Source: Clostridia bacterium
GTDB taxonomy: Bacteria > Bacillota > Clostridia > Christensenellales > UBA1242
Length of the DNA stretch: 39,624 nucleotides
Reading direction: 5' to 3'
Assembly: GCA_045538225.1 (NCBI GenBank)
Contig: JAZSQY010000005.1
Span: forward strand, 1 to 39,624
Under the pieces are notes generated by a model, which was not told where the DNA came from, ran no database searches, and saw only the letters and a list, made by a program, of their open reading frames with translations. The translations under genes were made by a program, and so were the position numbers. Positions 20,191-29,144 of the stretch are shown here, one piece after another. Position 1 is the stretch's first letter; every line of letters begins with the position of its first letter.

Positions 20191-21525
20191 ATGTCTCGCA
20201 TTCAAATTATTGGCGGCAAAAGCCTCTACGGTAAAATTCATATAGATGGAGCAAAAAATAGTTTGCTACCAATTATGGCTGCCTGCCTTATGATACCCGA
20301 GGCAGTTTATTTAAACAGCGTCCCCAAATTATCTGACTTGTCGGAAATGTTACATATACTTGCACGTTTGGGTTGTACAGTAAATCGACAAGGCACTACC
20401 GTAAAAATTGAAGCAAAAAACATACATACACATATAATCGATAACCAAGCCGCACTTAAAATCAGAGGCAGTATTTTTATCATGGGAGCACTACTTTCAC
20501 GACTGGGCAAAGTCCAACTACCACTGCCAGGTGGTTGTGCCATTGGCAACCGACCAATTGATATACATTTAACTTTGTTGCGTCAAATTGGTGTAAAATG
20601 TCACTATCACAACAATAATATTATTGCGAACTACACAACCCACCGTCATCGAAAACCCATTGTTTTAAGCTTAGATTTTCCCTCTGTTGGGGCCACCGAA
20701 AACATCATTCAAGCAACAACAATTGGTATTTCAGGTAACACATATATTATTCACGGCGTAGCCAAAGAACCAGAAATCGTCGACCTATGCAACTTTTTAA
20801 ATCAATGCGGAGCGCGCATTACGGGTGCTGGTACAGACGTAATTACAATTGACAGTGTCACACGGCTACACGGAACGATATACACACCAATTCCGGATCG
20901 CATTAATACGGGCTCATATTTAATCGCTGTTGCGGCAACTGGTGGCGACGTAACATTAACTAACACCACACCCGAACATCATATAAATCTTATCTCTAAA
21001 TTAAAAAACCTCGGTGCCCAAATTACCACTACTCAAGACACAATTCGTATAGTAATGCAACAACGACGCCCCTTCAATTTTAACATCCACACTGCACCAT
21101 ACCCCGGATTTCCCACCGATTTGCAAAGTCAGTTTTGCGCGCTTGCGACGATTACACAAGGCCATTCAAGCATAACCGAAAACCTTTTTGAAAACCGCTT
21201 CCGTTACGTACCCGAACTTATCAAGTTAGGGGCCAAAATCGACGTAGAATGCAACCAAGCCCATATCAAAGGCGTAAAAACACTATCTGCTGTTCAAACC
21301 CCAAATATTTGTCCAAGTTCATACCAAATTCCGAGTACAGAAAACTGTAACGGAACAATTGTCACAGCACACGATTTACGTGGTGGCGTTGCCCTTGTCA
21401 TCGCAGCACTTGCAGCACGCGGTACAACAACAATTGAGAATGCAGAATACATCTATCGCGGCCACCAAGACATTGTTAAAGACCTCCGTCAGTTAGGGGC
21501 AAATATTGTGGCACTCGACCAATAA
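20191..21525 (+). CDS. murA: UDP-N-acetylglucosamine 1-carboxyvinyltransferase
   Basis: IIGGKSLYGKIHIDGAKNSLLPIMAA, catalytic-Cys loop LPGGCAIGNRPIDIHL, and DLRGGVALVIAAL. Confidence 0.9.
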   Translation: MSRIQIIGGKSLYGKIHIDGAKNSLLPIMAACLMIPEAVYLNSVPKLSDLSEMLHILARLGCTVNRQGTTVKIEAKNIHTHIIDNQAALKIRGSIFIMGALLSRLGKVQLPLPGGCAIGNRPIDIHLTLLRQIGVKCHYHNNNIIANYTTHRHRKPIVLSLDFPSVGATENIIQATTIGISGNTYIIHGVAKEPEIVDLCNFLNQCGARITGAGTDVITIDSVTRLHGTIYTPIPDRINTGSYLIAVAATGGDVTLTNTTPEHHINLISKLKNLGAQITTTQDTIRIVMQQRRPFNFNIHTAPYPGFPTDLQSQFCALATITQGHSSITENLFENRFRYVPELIKLGAKIDVECNQAHIKGVKTLSAVQTPNICPSSYQIPSTENCNGTIVTAHDLRGGVALVIAALAARGTTTIENAEYIYRGHQDIVKDLRQLGANIVALDQ

Positions 21526-22789
21526 ACTCTTGCACAATTTTACGAAATTCATCCCCGCGATGTTGATAATTAATAAATGAATCAAAACTACTTCCACTGG
21601 GACTAAACAAAACCACACCAGGTCGAGGCAAATATTGCATCGCATTTTTGACAGCATCTTTCAAATCAAGAACACTTTTCACATGTTTAAAACCCAATGT
21701 TTTTGCAATGCTAAGCACTTGTGCTTGAATCGAACCAAACACCAAAACCTGAACCACATGAGTTGGCAACTGTGACATTAATTCGTGATAATCTTGTCCT
21801 TTACTTAAACCACATAAGATTAAACAAACTGGCATTTTAATCGCAGACACCGCAGCTAATGTCGCCGCCATATTAGTAGCTTTACTGTCGTTATAAAAAG
21901 CCACGCCTTCGAAATCCGCAACCAATTCCATCCGGTGTTGCTGCGGCTTATATTCACACGCTTGCCAGATTACAGTAGTAGAGAAACACAAACGACGCCC
22001 CACCGCAATGACGGCCAATGCATTTGAGATAACATGCTCCATCGAACCAAAACACGCAGCACTGCCTAAATATCTGGCACGTCGACCTAACTTTTCCCAA
22101 ATTTCACCATTTTGCAAGTAATAGCCACTTACCGCTTCGCGTGTGCTATACCAAACCACTTTTGTCTTTTTTAATCTTTCAATTGTCATGCCTAACATCC
22201 GTGTGTGTAGATTGTCCCAATTAATGACCAGACAATCACCACGTGTTTGTTGTTCAATAATGCGCGCCTTGCACCGTATATATTCTTCCATTGTGTGATG
22301 CCGATCTAAATGATCCGGTGTTATATTGGATATCACTGCAATTTGCGGATGTAATAAGTTGGTTTGTTCCAACATAAAAGATGAAACTTCCATAACCACC
22401 ATTGCTTTTTGTAATTGCTTCGCCACACTTGTAATCGGAATCCCTACATTTCCACATAAAACGGATTTCTTTTTGGCTAAAGTAATCATACGATGAATTT
22501 GATTCACAATTGTCGTTTTACCGTTCGTCCCTGTCACAGCGATTAAGCAGCGCGGTCTTAACTGTTTTTCACAATAAAAAGGTAGCTCAACTTCTGGCAC
22601 AATTGAAACAACTTCATCTTTTAAATCTTCCTGCGGCACTCCAGGCGACACAACACAAAAATCATAATCACCAGAAACTTTTTCTTTCGCATCGGCCACT
22701 ACAACAGTTTCGACACCTCTGGCTTCTAAATAGCTTTCTGCCGCCTTTCCACTTATTCCATATCCAATTATTTTTGCTTTCATAGCCAT
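21476..22789 (-). CDS. murD: UDP-N-acetylmuramoylalanine--D-glutamate ligase
   Basis: Mur ligase P-loop VTGTNGKTT, and the N-terminal GYGISGKAAE motif characteristic of MurD. Sits downstream of mraY. Confidence 0.85.
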   Translation of the reverse strand: MAMKAKIIGYGISGKAAESYLEARGVETVVVADAKEKVSGDYDFCVVSPGVPQEDLKDEVVSIVPEVELPFYCEKQLRPRCLIAVTGTNGKTTIVNQIHRMITLAKKKSVLCGNVGIPITSVAKQLQKAMVVMEVSSFMLEQTNLLHPQIAVISNITPDHLDRHHTMEEYIRCKARIIEQQTRGDCLVINWDNLHTRMLGMTIERLKKTKVVWYSTREAVSGYYLQNGEIWEKLGRRARYLGSAACFGSMEHVISNALAVIAVGRRLCFSTTVIWQACEYKPQQHRMELVADFEGVAFYNDSKATNMAATLAAVSAIKMPVCLILCGLSKGQDYHELMSQLPTHVVQVLVFGSIQAQVLSIAKTLGFKHVKSVLDLKDAVKNAMQYLPRPGVVLFSPSGSSFDSFINYQHRGDEFRKIVQEFIGRVPQYLPLTDGGL

Positions 22790-22807
22790 GTTTATGAAAA
22801 AGATAAA

Positions 22808-23788
22808 TTAAACATACATCACAGATAGAACAAGTACAATTCCCATAATGATGGTAACCACGGCATATACGGTCACAATCTTTGACTCGTGCATACCAGA
22901 CTTTTCCAAATGATGATGAAAAGGTGCCATGCGAAAAACTCTTTTTCCTTTTGACAATTTAAAACAAACTACTTGTATAATCGTACTTAAAGCCGACCAA
23001 ACAAAAACAACACCTAAAAAAAGTAACGCAAAACCAAGACCACTAAACAAAGATATCATCGCAATAAATCCGCCCAAAAACAAGGAACCGGTATCTCCCA
23101 TAAAAACCGAAGCTTTCTTCGTATTAAAAATCAAGTACCCCAACAAACCACCAATTGCAACGGCAATTAAATTTCCAACTGTCGTAATTTCCGCCCCAAC
23201 ATCGGTTAAAGCAATCATTACATAGATAAAAACCAAGTAGATTAACGACGTTGTCCCAGCTAACCCATCTAAGCCATCGGTTAAATTAACCGCATTGGTT
23301 GTTGCAATTAAAATTAACAACGTCAAAGCAAAAATACCAACTCCACCTATTTGCCAAAAAATATTCAGGAAAGGAACCCAAATTTCCCCGGAAGGATTAC
23401 TACGCAAATAAAAAAATGCAACTAAAAAAGCAACACCTAACTGTCCAATAATTTTCTGATAAGGTCGTAACCCTAAATTTTGGTGATTTTTAATTTTCAA
23501 AAAATCATCTAAAAAACCAACGATTCCATAACAACAACTTGCGACAATTACAACCAAACACAATGGTGTGTCCCAATTAATAAAAATTGCACCCACTAAA
23601 ATAATCGGTAAAATAAAAATTAAGCCCCCCATGGTTGGCGTTCCAGCTTTGGCCGCATGCATGTCCACATATTTTAAAATTGATTGCCCTGCCTTTATCC
23701 GACGTAACCAAGGGATTAAAATTAATCCAGTAATCACTGCCATCACAAAAGCAATCAATACAAGCCATAAATCTGCCTTATAATCCAC
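22808..23788 (-). CDS. mraY: Phospho-N-acetylmuramoyl-pentapeptide transferase
   Basis: Polytopic membrane protein with GFLDDFLKI, NAVNLTDGLDGLA, MGDTGSLFLGG and APFHHHLE motifs. Confidence 0.92.
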   Translation of the reverse strand: MDYKADLWLVLIAFVMAVITGLILIPWLRRIKAGQSILKYVDMHAAKAGTPTMGGLIFILPIILVGAIFINWDTPLCLVVIVASCCYGIVGFLDDFLKIKNHQNLGLRPYQKIIGQLGVAFLVAFFYLRSNPSGEIWVPFLNIFWQIGGVGIFALTLLILIATTNAVNLTDGLDGLAGTTSLIYLVFIYVMIALTDVGAEITTVGNLIAVAIGGLLGYLIFNTKKASVFMGDTGSLFLGGFIAMISLFSGLGFALLFLGVVFVWSALSTIIQVVCFKLSKGKRVFRMAPFHHHLEKSGMHESKIVTVYAVVTIIMGIVLVLSVMYV

Positions 23789-25274
23789 ATTTCCCCCGTA
23801 AAATATTATCTAACACTTTGCTATCCATATACGGAATTTTTTGATAGTTTATTTCGATGTAATTTTCATGTCCTTTGCCAGCAATTACCACAACATCACC
23901 TACATCAGCATGGTTAACAGCGTATTGAATAGCTGTTTCACGATCCACAATCCGTAAATATTTTTGATTCAAATTTCCATCTAGATATTTTTCTAAGGTA
24001 AAAGTATCCGCGGTAATAATACCACGTTCAATTTCATCAATAATTGCATTTGGTTCTTCGGTCCTTGGATTATCACTGGTTAAAACAACATGATCTGCTA
24101 AATGATAAGCAACTTTTCCCATGATTGGACGTTTACCACGATCACGATCTCCACCACAACCAAATACCACCCAAAGTTTTGCATCGGTTGACATAATCAA
24201 TCGCACATTTTGTAATAATTGTGTTAATCCGTCCGGAGTATGTGCAAAATCAATAATTGCGTTTACGCCACAAATATTGTAAAAATTAAATCGACCTGGA
24301 ACGGGTTTCATCGTTGCTAAACCCTGTTTTAAAGCATTAACCGAAACGCCATACCGTAGAGCCAATAAAGCGGCCCCCACCGCATTACTAATATTATATA
24401 AACCTGGTAAAGACAAATGGCATTCCCCAATCTTGCTTAAATTAAAATCACTACCGCTAATACACATTTTCACATGGTCGACAAAAGCCCATTGATTTAC
24501 ACCGGCCATTAAATTATTTTTTAAAGAATATGACACACTAAAAACATTTGTTTGTCCACACAAGGCATCAACTACCTCTTTCCCGTATTTATCATCTGCA
24601 TTAATAATTACATTTCCACCACAAAGCTGGCGAAAAAAATTAATTTTTGTGTTTTTATATTTTTCAAAATCACCAAAAAAATCTAAATGGTCCTGTGTAA
24701 TATTCGTAAATATCACACCTCTAAAATTAATTCCATCAATTTTACGATAATAAATAGCATGCGCGGAAACTTCCATAACCACATCACGCACACCATTTTG
24801 ATACATGTCGGCCAACGCACGATGTAAATCAATTGGGTCTGGCGTCGTTAAAGTACTAATTCCTTCCCAATCTTTACCTGCATTAAAAATCCCGTTAGTC
24901 CCAATCAAACCAACGGGTTTTTCGAAAGCGCGTTCCAAAATTTCACGCAAAATATAACTTGTCGTCGTTTTACCATTGGTGCCTACTACTCCCGAAATAC
25001 GCAGTTTGTCCGCAACATTGCCATAAAACTCTTTTGCTGCCAAAGCCATAGCAGAACGAACATTTATCACAAAAATTTTCACCACATTATCGGGTAAAAT
25101 AATTGACGTATCATTGGTTACGATAGCAACTGCACCATTTTGTACAGCTTCATTTACATACCGACAGTCACGTAACGCAAAATACATCCCTCCGGGTTTT
25201 ACTTCTCTACTGTCATGATACAAACCACTTACTTTTACTAAGGTATCAGCGATTTTTACACTACGAAAGCACAT
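23778..25274 (-). CDS. murE: UDP-N-acetylmuramoyl-L-alanyl-D-glutamate--2,6-diaminopimelate ligase
   Basis: GVVGTNGKTTT P-loop. The DNPR motif (LTSDNPRTEEP) is the signature associated with meso-DAP-adding MurE. The ATG at 25274 is chosen over the track's TTG at 25280. Confidence 0.85.
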   Translation of the reverse strand: MCFRSVKIADTLVKVSGLYHDSREVKPGGMYFALRDCRYVNEAVQNGAVAIVTNDTSIILPDNVVKIFVINVRSAMALAAKEFYGNVADKLRISGVVGTNGKTTTSYILREILERAFEKPVGLIGTNGIFNAGKDWEGISTLTTPDPIDLHRALADMYQNGVRDVVMEVSAHAIYYRKIDGINFRGVIFTNITQDHLDFFGDFEKYKNTKINFFRQLCGGNVIINADDKYGKEVVDALCGQTNVFSVSYSLKNNLMAGVNQWAFVDHVKMCISGSDFNLSKIGECHLSLPGLYNISNAVGAALLALRYGVSVNALKQGLATMKPVPGRFNFYNICGVNAIIDFAHTPDGLTQLLQNVRLIMSTDAKLWVVFGCGGDRDRGKRPIMGKVAYHLADHVVLTSDNPRTEEPNAIIDEIERGIITADTFTLEKYLDGNLNQKYLRIVDRETAIQYAVNHADVGDVVVIAGKGHENYIEINYQKIPYMDSKVLDNILRGKCGL

Positions 25275-25322
25275 AACCAAAATTATGCCGATTCCGTATT
25301 AAAAATTTGTCAAAAGCAAATT

Positions 25323-27071
25323 TTATTCCAATGCAATAACATAGTAATAAATATTTTGACCACCGTTAACAACGGTAACATCAACCATTGGGAATTTATT
25401 TTGAATCTTTTCCGCCACCGCTTGTGCATCAGATTCTTTCACATCTTCACCAAAATAAATTGTGATTGAACCCATTGAATCTTTGTACAAGATTTCACAC
25501 AACTTCATTGCTACTTCGTTTGGATTTTTACCTTTTGCAATAATAGCTTTTTCATCCAGACCAATGGTATCACCTTTTTTAATATCAAGATTATCCATTT
25601 TGGTATCACGCACTGCATAAGTAACAGATGCAGAAACCACATTTTCCATAGTTTGCAAGAATGTTTGCGTATTTTCGTCAACACTTGCATCTGGCGAGAA
25701 AGCAATTGCCGCCGAAATACCTTCACAAACACTCTTCGTAGGAATAATTACAATATTCTTTTTGGTCAATGATTGAGCATTCATTGCCGCCAATGTAATA
25801 TTTTTATTATTCGGGAAGACAAAAACAGTTTTCGCATGAACACGGTCACATGCAGTTGCAATTTCTTCCGCACTTGGATTACTGGTTTGACCACCCTTAA
25901 TAACAAAGTCGACACCTAAATCACGCAATAAGTTACAAATACCTTCACCGGTAGCAACTTGAACCATACCTTGTTCTTTATCTGGAATGTTACGGTTATT
26001 ACGTAATTCACGGTTTTGTTCCAACATATTTTCAATCTTGATTTTGGTAATTTCACCTAATTCCAATGCTGCACCTAAAGCCAAGTTTGGTGTATTTGTA
26101 TGAACATGGACTTTAACCATTGTTAAGTCACCAACACAAATAACACTATCACCTATTTCCATCAAACGAACACGGAATTTATCGATACTTGCCATGGTTG
26201 TAGTTTTCTTAATATTAACAACAAAGAATTCGGTACAATAAGCAAATTCAATTTCGCCAATGTCTTCAATTTCAGCAACTTCATCAGCTGTATCACGGAA
26301 AACCATTGTATCCGTATCTTTTTTCAATTCTTTAACTTCTAAATTACCTTCTAAAGTAGCCAACAATCCCATAAAAATAGTAATAATACCGCGGCCACCC
26401 GAGTCCACAACTCCAGCTTTTTTCAAAACAGGCAACATATCAGGCGTTTTTGCCAAAATAACTTCACCAGCATCAACAACTTTTTGTAAGAATAAAATAA
26501 AATCAGTCGTGTTACGCGCAATTTTTTCTGCTTCTTCTGCCATCACGCGAATAACTGTCAAAATTGTACCTTCTTTTGGCAAAGTAACCGCCGCATAAGC
26601 GGTTTTTGCACCTTCAGTCATCGCTGCCGCAAAAACACGAGTGGTAATTTTAGCACTGCCAACCTTACCAATGACAGACATCATACCTTTCAAAATTTGG
26701 CTCGTAATAACACCGCTGTTACCACGTGCACCTTTCAAAGCACCACGTGCGATACCTTCCGTTAACTCAATCAAATTACTGCTACCAACATTCTCAATCT
26801 CGGTCATTGCTGAACGGAAAGTCAAGCTCATGTTTAAACCTGTATCACCATCCGGCACAGGGAAAACATTCATACTGTTGATATATTCTTTGTTTTTATC
26901 TAATAAATTGTAAGCACCAAGAAACATACGTTTCAACATTGCGCCTGTAAGATTGGTAATTGGGTTTTTTTCCCCGGTATCACCTACAACTTTTGCTTTT
27001 GTTGTTGTTTTACTAGTTGTTTTTGAAGTAGATTTAGTCGTAGCTGTTTTTTTCACTGTAGTTTTATTCAT
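25323..27071 (-). CDS. yloV: DAK2 domain fusion protein YloV with a Lys/Thr-rich N-terminal tail
   Basis: LNVFPVPDGDTGLNM DAK2 motif plus a C-terminal DegV-like/Fak half. Sits downstream of asp23, as in Bacillota. SD GAAAGGAAT supports the ATG at 27071. Confidence 0.85.
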   Translation of the reverse strand: MNKTTVKKTATTKSTSKTTSKTTTKAKVVGDTGEKNPITNLTGAMLKRMFLGAYNLLDKNKEYINSMNVFPVPDGDTGLNMSLTFRSAMTEIENVGSSNLIELTEGIARGALKGARGNSGVITSQILKGMMSVIGKVGSAKITTRVFAAAMTEGAKTAYAAVTLPKEGTILTVIRVMAEEAEKIARNTTDFILFLQKVVDAGEVILAKTPDMLPVLKKAGVVDSGGRGIITIFMGLLATLEGNLEVKELKKDTDTMVFRDTADEVAEIEDIGEIEFAYCTEFFVVNIKKTTTMASIDKFRVRLMEIGDSVICVGDLTMVKVHVHTNTPNLALGAALELGEITKIKIENMLEQNRELRNNRNIPDKEQGMVQVATGEGICNLLRDLGVDFVIKGGQTSNPSAEEIATACDRVHAKTVFVFPNNKNITLAAMNAQSLTKKNIVIIPTKSVCEGISAAIAFSPDASVDENTQTFLQTMENVVSASVTYAVRDTKMDNLDIKKGDTIGLDEKAIIAKGKNPNEVAMKLCEILYKDSMGSITIYFGEDVKESDAQAVAEKIQNKFPMVDVTVVNGGQNIYYYVIALE

Positions 27072-27088
27072 TTTAAATTCCTTTCTTA

Positions 27089-27430
27089 TTATTTACGAAT
27101 ACCCATGACACGGATATCAACAAATAACACTTCCATACCACTGAAGTTTTCGACGTTATACTTAATTGTGTTACGTACTGAATTGATAATCTCATCAACG
27201 GGCATACCAAAGCAAATAATTAAGTCAATATAAATACCGACTTTGTTTTTGCTGGCCCAAACACGAACGCCATTGCGCAAACGAATTTCACTAGCCGAAT
27301 TACGTACGATGCGCTTGCGACCGACACCCCAAATTCCATAACATTCTAAAGCCGCGATGCCCGCAACTGTGCGAATGGCCTCGCGTGAAACAGCAATGTT
27401 ACCATATAAATTTGAAGTACTAATAGCCAT
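27089..27430 (-). CDS. Asp23/Gls24 family envelope stress protein (YloU-like)
   Basis: Typical Asp23 length and pattern (IAVSREAIRTVAGIAALECYGI...). rpmB-yloU-yloV synteny. The ATG at 27430 lies one codon inside the track's TTG start. Confidence 0.8.
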   Translation of the reverse strand: MAISTSNLYGNIAVSREAIRTVAGIAALECYGIWGVGRKRIVRNSASEIRLRNGVRVWASKNKVGIYIDLIICFGMPVDEIINSVRNTIKYNVENFSGMEVLFVDIRVMGIRK

Positions 27431-27436
27431 CAAAAA

Positions 27437-27625
27437 TTACCCAACTTTATTTAAAGTTTTTTTGCATTTAGTACAAACTTTTAAAGTTACTTTTGCACCA
27501 TCATCAAATGTAAGTGTTTCCTTTTGTAAATTAGGAATACTTTTCTTTGGTGCTTTACGGTTACTGTGAGAAACAGTATTACCTGCTAATTTGTCTTTTC
27601 CACATAAATCACAAACTCTGCTCAT
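27437..27625 (-). CDS. rpmB: 50S ribosomal protein L28
   Basis: MSRVCDLCGK...GNTVSHSNRK; 62 aa. Confidence 0.92.
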   Translation of the reverse strand: MSRVCDLCGKDKLAGNTVSHSNRKAPKKSIPNLQKETLTFDDGAKVTLKVCTKCKKTLNKVG

Positions 27626-27631
27626 GCGAGC

Positions 27632-27660
27632 ATTATATCACAGTAAATTTAAACATGCAA
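27632..27660 (-). promoter_or_regulatory. Putative strong promoter, TTGCAT-17-(TGa)TATAAT, 6 nt upstream of the rpmB ATG (leaderless candidate)
   Basis: -35 at 27660-27655 (inside the rpe 3' end), TG at 27640-27639, -10 at 27637-27632, ATG at 27625. No SD. Confidence 0.6.
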
Positions 27661-28293
27661 CAACCTATTTATACCTTGTTCGAATTCACCATTTTCACTG
27701 CATTTTTTTGCATAATTGCCAACGACGGCAATATCAACACCCGCTTTTTCCAGCAATTTTATGTTTTTTTCATTCACACCGCCATCAATAATTACAGTTG
27801 CTGATGGATTAATGGCAAAAATTTCATCAACAAGAGGCAAAGCCGACTCATGAAAAGTTTGCCCCGACTTTCCACATTTAACCGACATTACAATAATATA
27901 CGGAGTTTTCTTAATTAAGTCCTTATAATCCGCAACACAATACCCCAAATCAAGTACCAACCCACGTTTTTCATCCGCAACCATATCCATGTTAGATACA
28001 AGTTCAGTCTTTTTTCGTTCTTTTAAATCTTTAACATCAAAAGATACGGACCGAAAACCTTCTACCGATTTTACCGGCTCTTGCATAAGATGTAAATCAA
28101 TACTAATTTCTGACGTATAGTTTTGAACCACATCAAAAACTTCTTGATTGCTTTCAAAATAATCAAAGTGCAACGAAATTTCATGACCGAACAATGACAT
28201 TTTACGGCTTAATTTAATAATATCCTCAATGTACCCTTGCAGTTGTTTTTTTTCTGCTGCTAAATACGGTTCAATAGAAATCGAAATTTGCAT
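27649..28293 (-). CDS. Divergent ribulose-phosphate 3-epimerase-like TIM-barrel protein
   Basis: Collinear with Rpe motifs: HFD (HxD), DLHLM, MSVKCGKSGQTF (vs M.VNPGFGGQ.F) and IIDGGVN. Syntenic position upstream of rpmB. Confidence 0.6.
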   Translation of the reverse strand: MQISISIEPYLAAEKKQLQGYIEDIIKLSRKMSLFGHEISLHFDYFESNQEVFDVVQNYTSEISIDLHLMQEPVKSVEGFRSVSFDVKDLKERKKTELVSNMDMVADEKRGLVLDLGYCVADYKDLIKKTPYIIVMSVKCGKSGQTFHESALPLVDEIFAINPSATVIIDGGVNEKNIKLLEKAGVDIAVVGNYAKKCSENGEFEQGINRLLHV

Positions 28294-28361
28294 TTTTACC
28301 TACTTTAAATTATAACACAACAAATAAAAACATAAAATAGATTTCTTTCATACATAAAAAT

Positions 28362-29144
28362 ATGAATTTTTTGACGCAAATCCACCCATTTGTATTATTA
28401 CTGCTAGCGTCACTATTCACATATCTTTTAACAGCGTTAGGATCTGCCGTGGTTTTTTGTTTTAAATCAATTCACAAAAGACCATTAGATGTCATGCTTA
28501 GTGTTAGCGCGGGACTCATGACTGCAGCTTCAATATGGTCCTTAACAACGCCAGCCATAGTTCTTGCCGACGAACTCTGGCAAAACCCATGGCTACTGCC
28601 CGCAATCGGTTTTTTATGTGGCGGACTTTTTATTATCATAAGTGGTATTATTATTGATAAAAAGTTACCCAACGCCATCGAGAAAAAACGCAGCTTACTG
28701 ATTATCGGCGTAATGCCATTACACAATATTCCCGAAGGTTTTGCTATCGGCGTCGGCTTTAGCGGTTTTGCCATCGGCATGAATGGCTGTACGTTAACCG
28801 GAGCTTTGATGATTGCGCTTGGTATCGGTATCCAAAATATCCCCGACGGCATTGCAGTTTCCATTCCACTATATCGCGACGGCATGAGCAAGCGTAAAGC
28901 TTTTCTCATCGGACAATCCAGTGGTATTATGGAAATTATCGCAGCTATCATTGGCTATTTCATTACAATTTCAATTCGCAGTATTCTACCATTCTTTTTC
29001 ACTTTTGCCGCCGGCGCCATGATTACGGTCGTTATCAGTGAATTAATTCCGGACATCGCACCCGAAAATCGCAATCTTGGCGTACTCGGTTTTATTATCG
29101 GATTTGTCGCGATGATGATTCTTGACTTAGCTATTACAATTTAA
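28362..29144 (+). CDS. ZIP family metal cation transporter (ZupT-like)
   Basis: Polytopic membrane protein with the HNIPEGFAIG and QNIPDGIAVS ZIP signature pair. Confidence 0.85.
   Translation: MNFLTQIHPFVLLLLASLFTYLLTALGSAVVFCFKSIHKRPLDVMLSVSAGLMTAASIWSLTTPAIVLADELWQNPWLLPAIGFLCGGLFIIISGIIIDKKLPNAIEKKRSLLIIGVMPLHNIPEGFAIGVGFSGFAIGMNGCTLTGALMIALGIGIQNIPDGIAVSIPLYRDGMSKRKAFLIGQSSGIMEIIAAIIGYFITISIRSILPFFFTFAAGAMITVVISELIPDIAPENRNLGVLGFIIGFVAMMILDLAITI

Noticed and set aside
25275-25322. Perfect TTGACA upstream of murE with CATAAT 7 nt before the ATG, considered as another leaderless promoter.
   Set aside because: The spacer between the two hexamers is 20 nt, outside the functional 16-18 nt range. 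murE may simply be read through from yloV.
28472-28951. 159-aa antisense ORF inside the ZIP transporter gene. Similar shadow ORFs occur at 15742-16170, 13796-14095, 26260-26598, 10509-10805 and 22929-23225.
   Set aside because: Each lies entirely within, and antisense to, a gene with strong family motifs. They have no SD or promoter and a composition typical of shadow frames.
29141-29144. Shared TTAA, where the stops of the convergent ZIP and rlmN genes overlap by 4 nt.
   Set aside because: It is a real feature of the sequence, but a trivial consequence of a compact AT-rich genome. It is not evidence of regulation.
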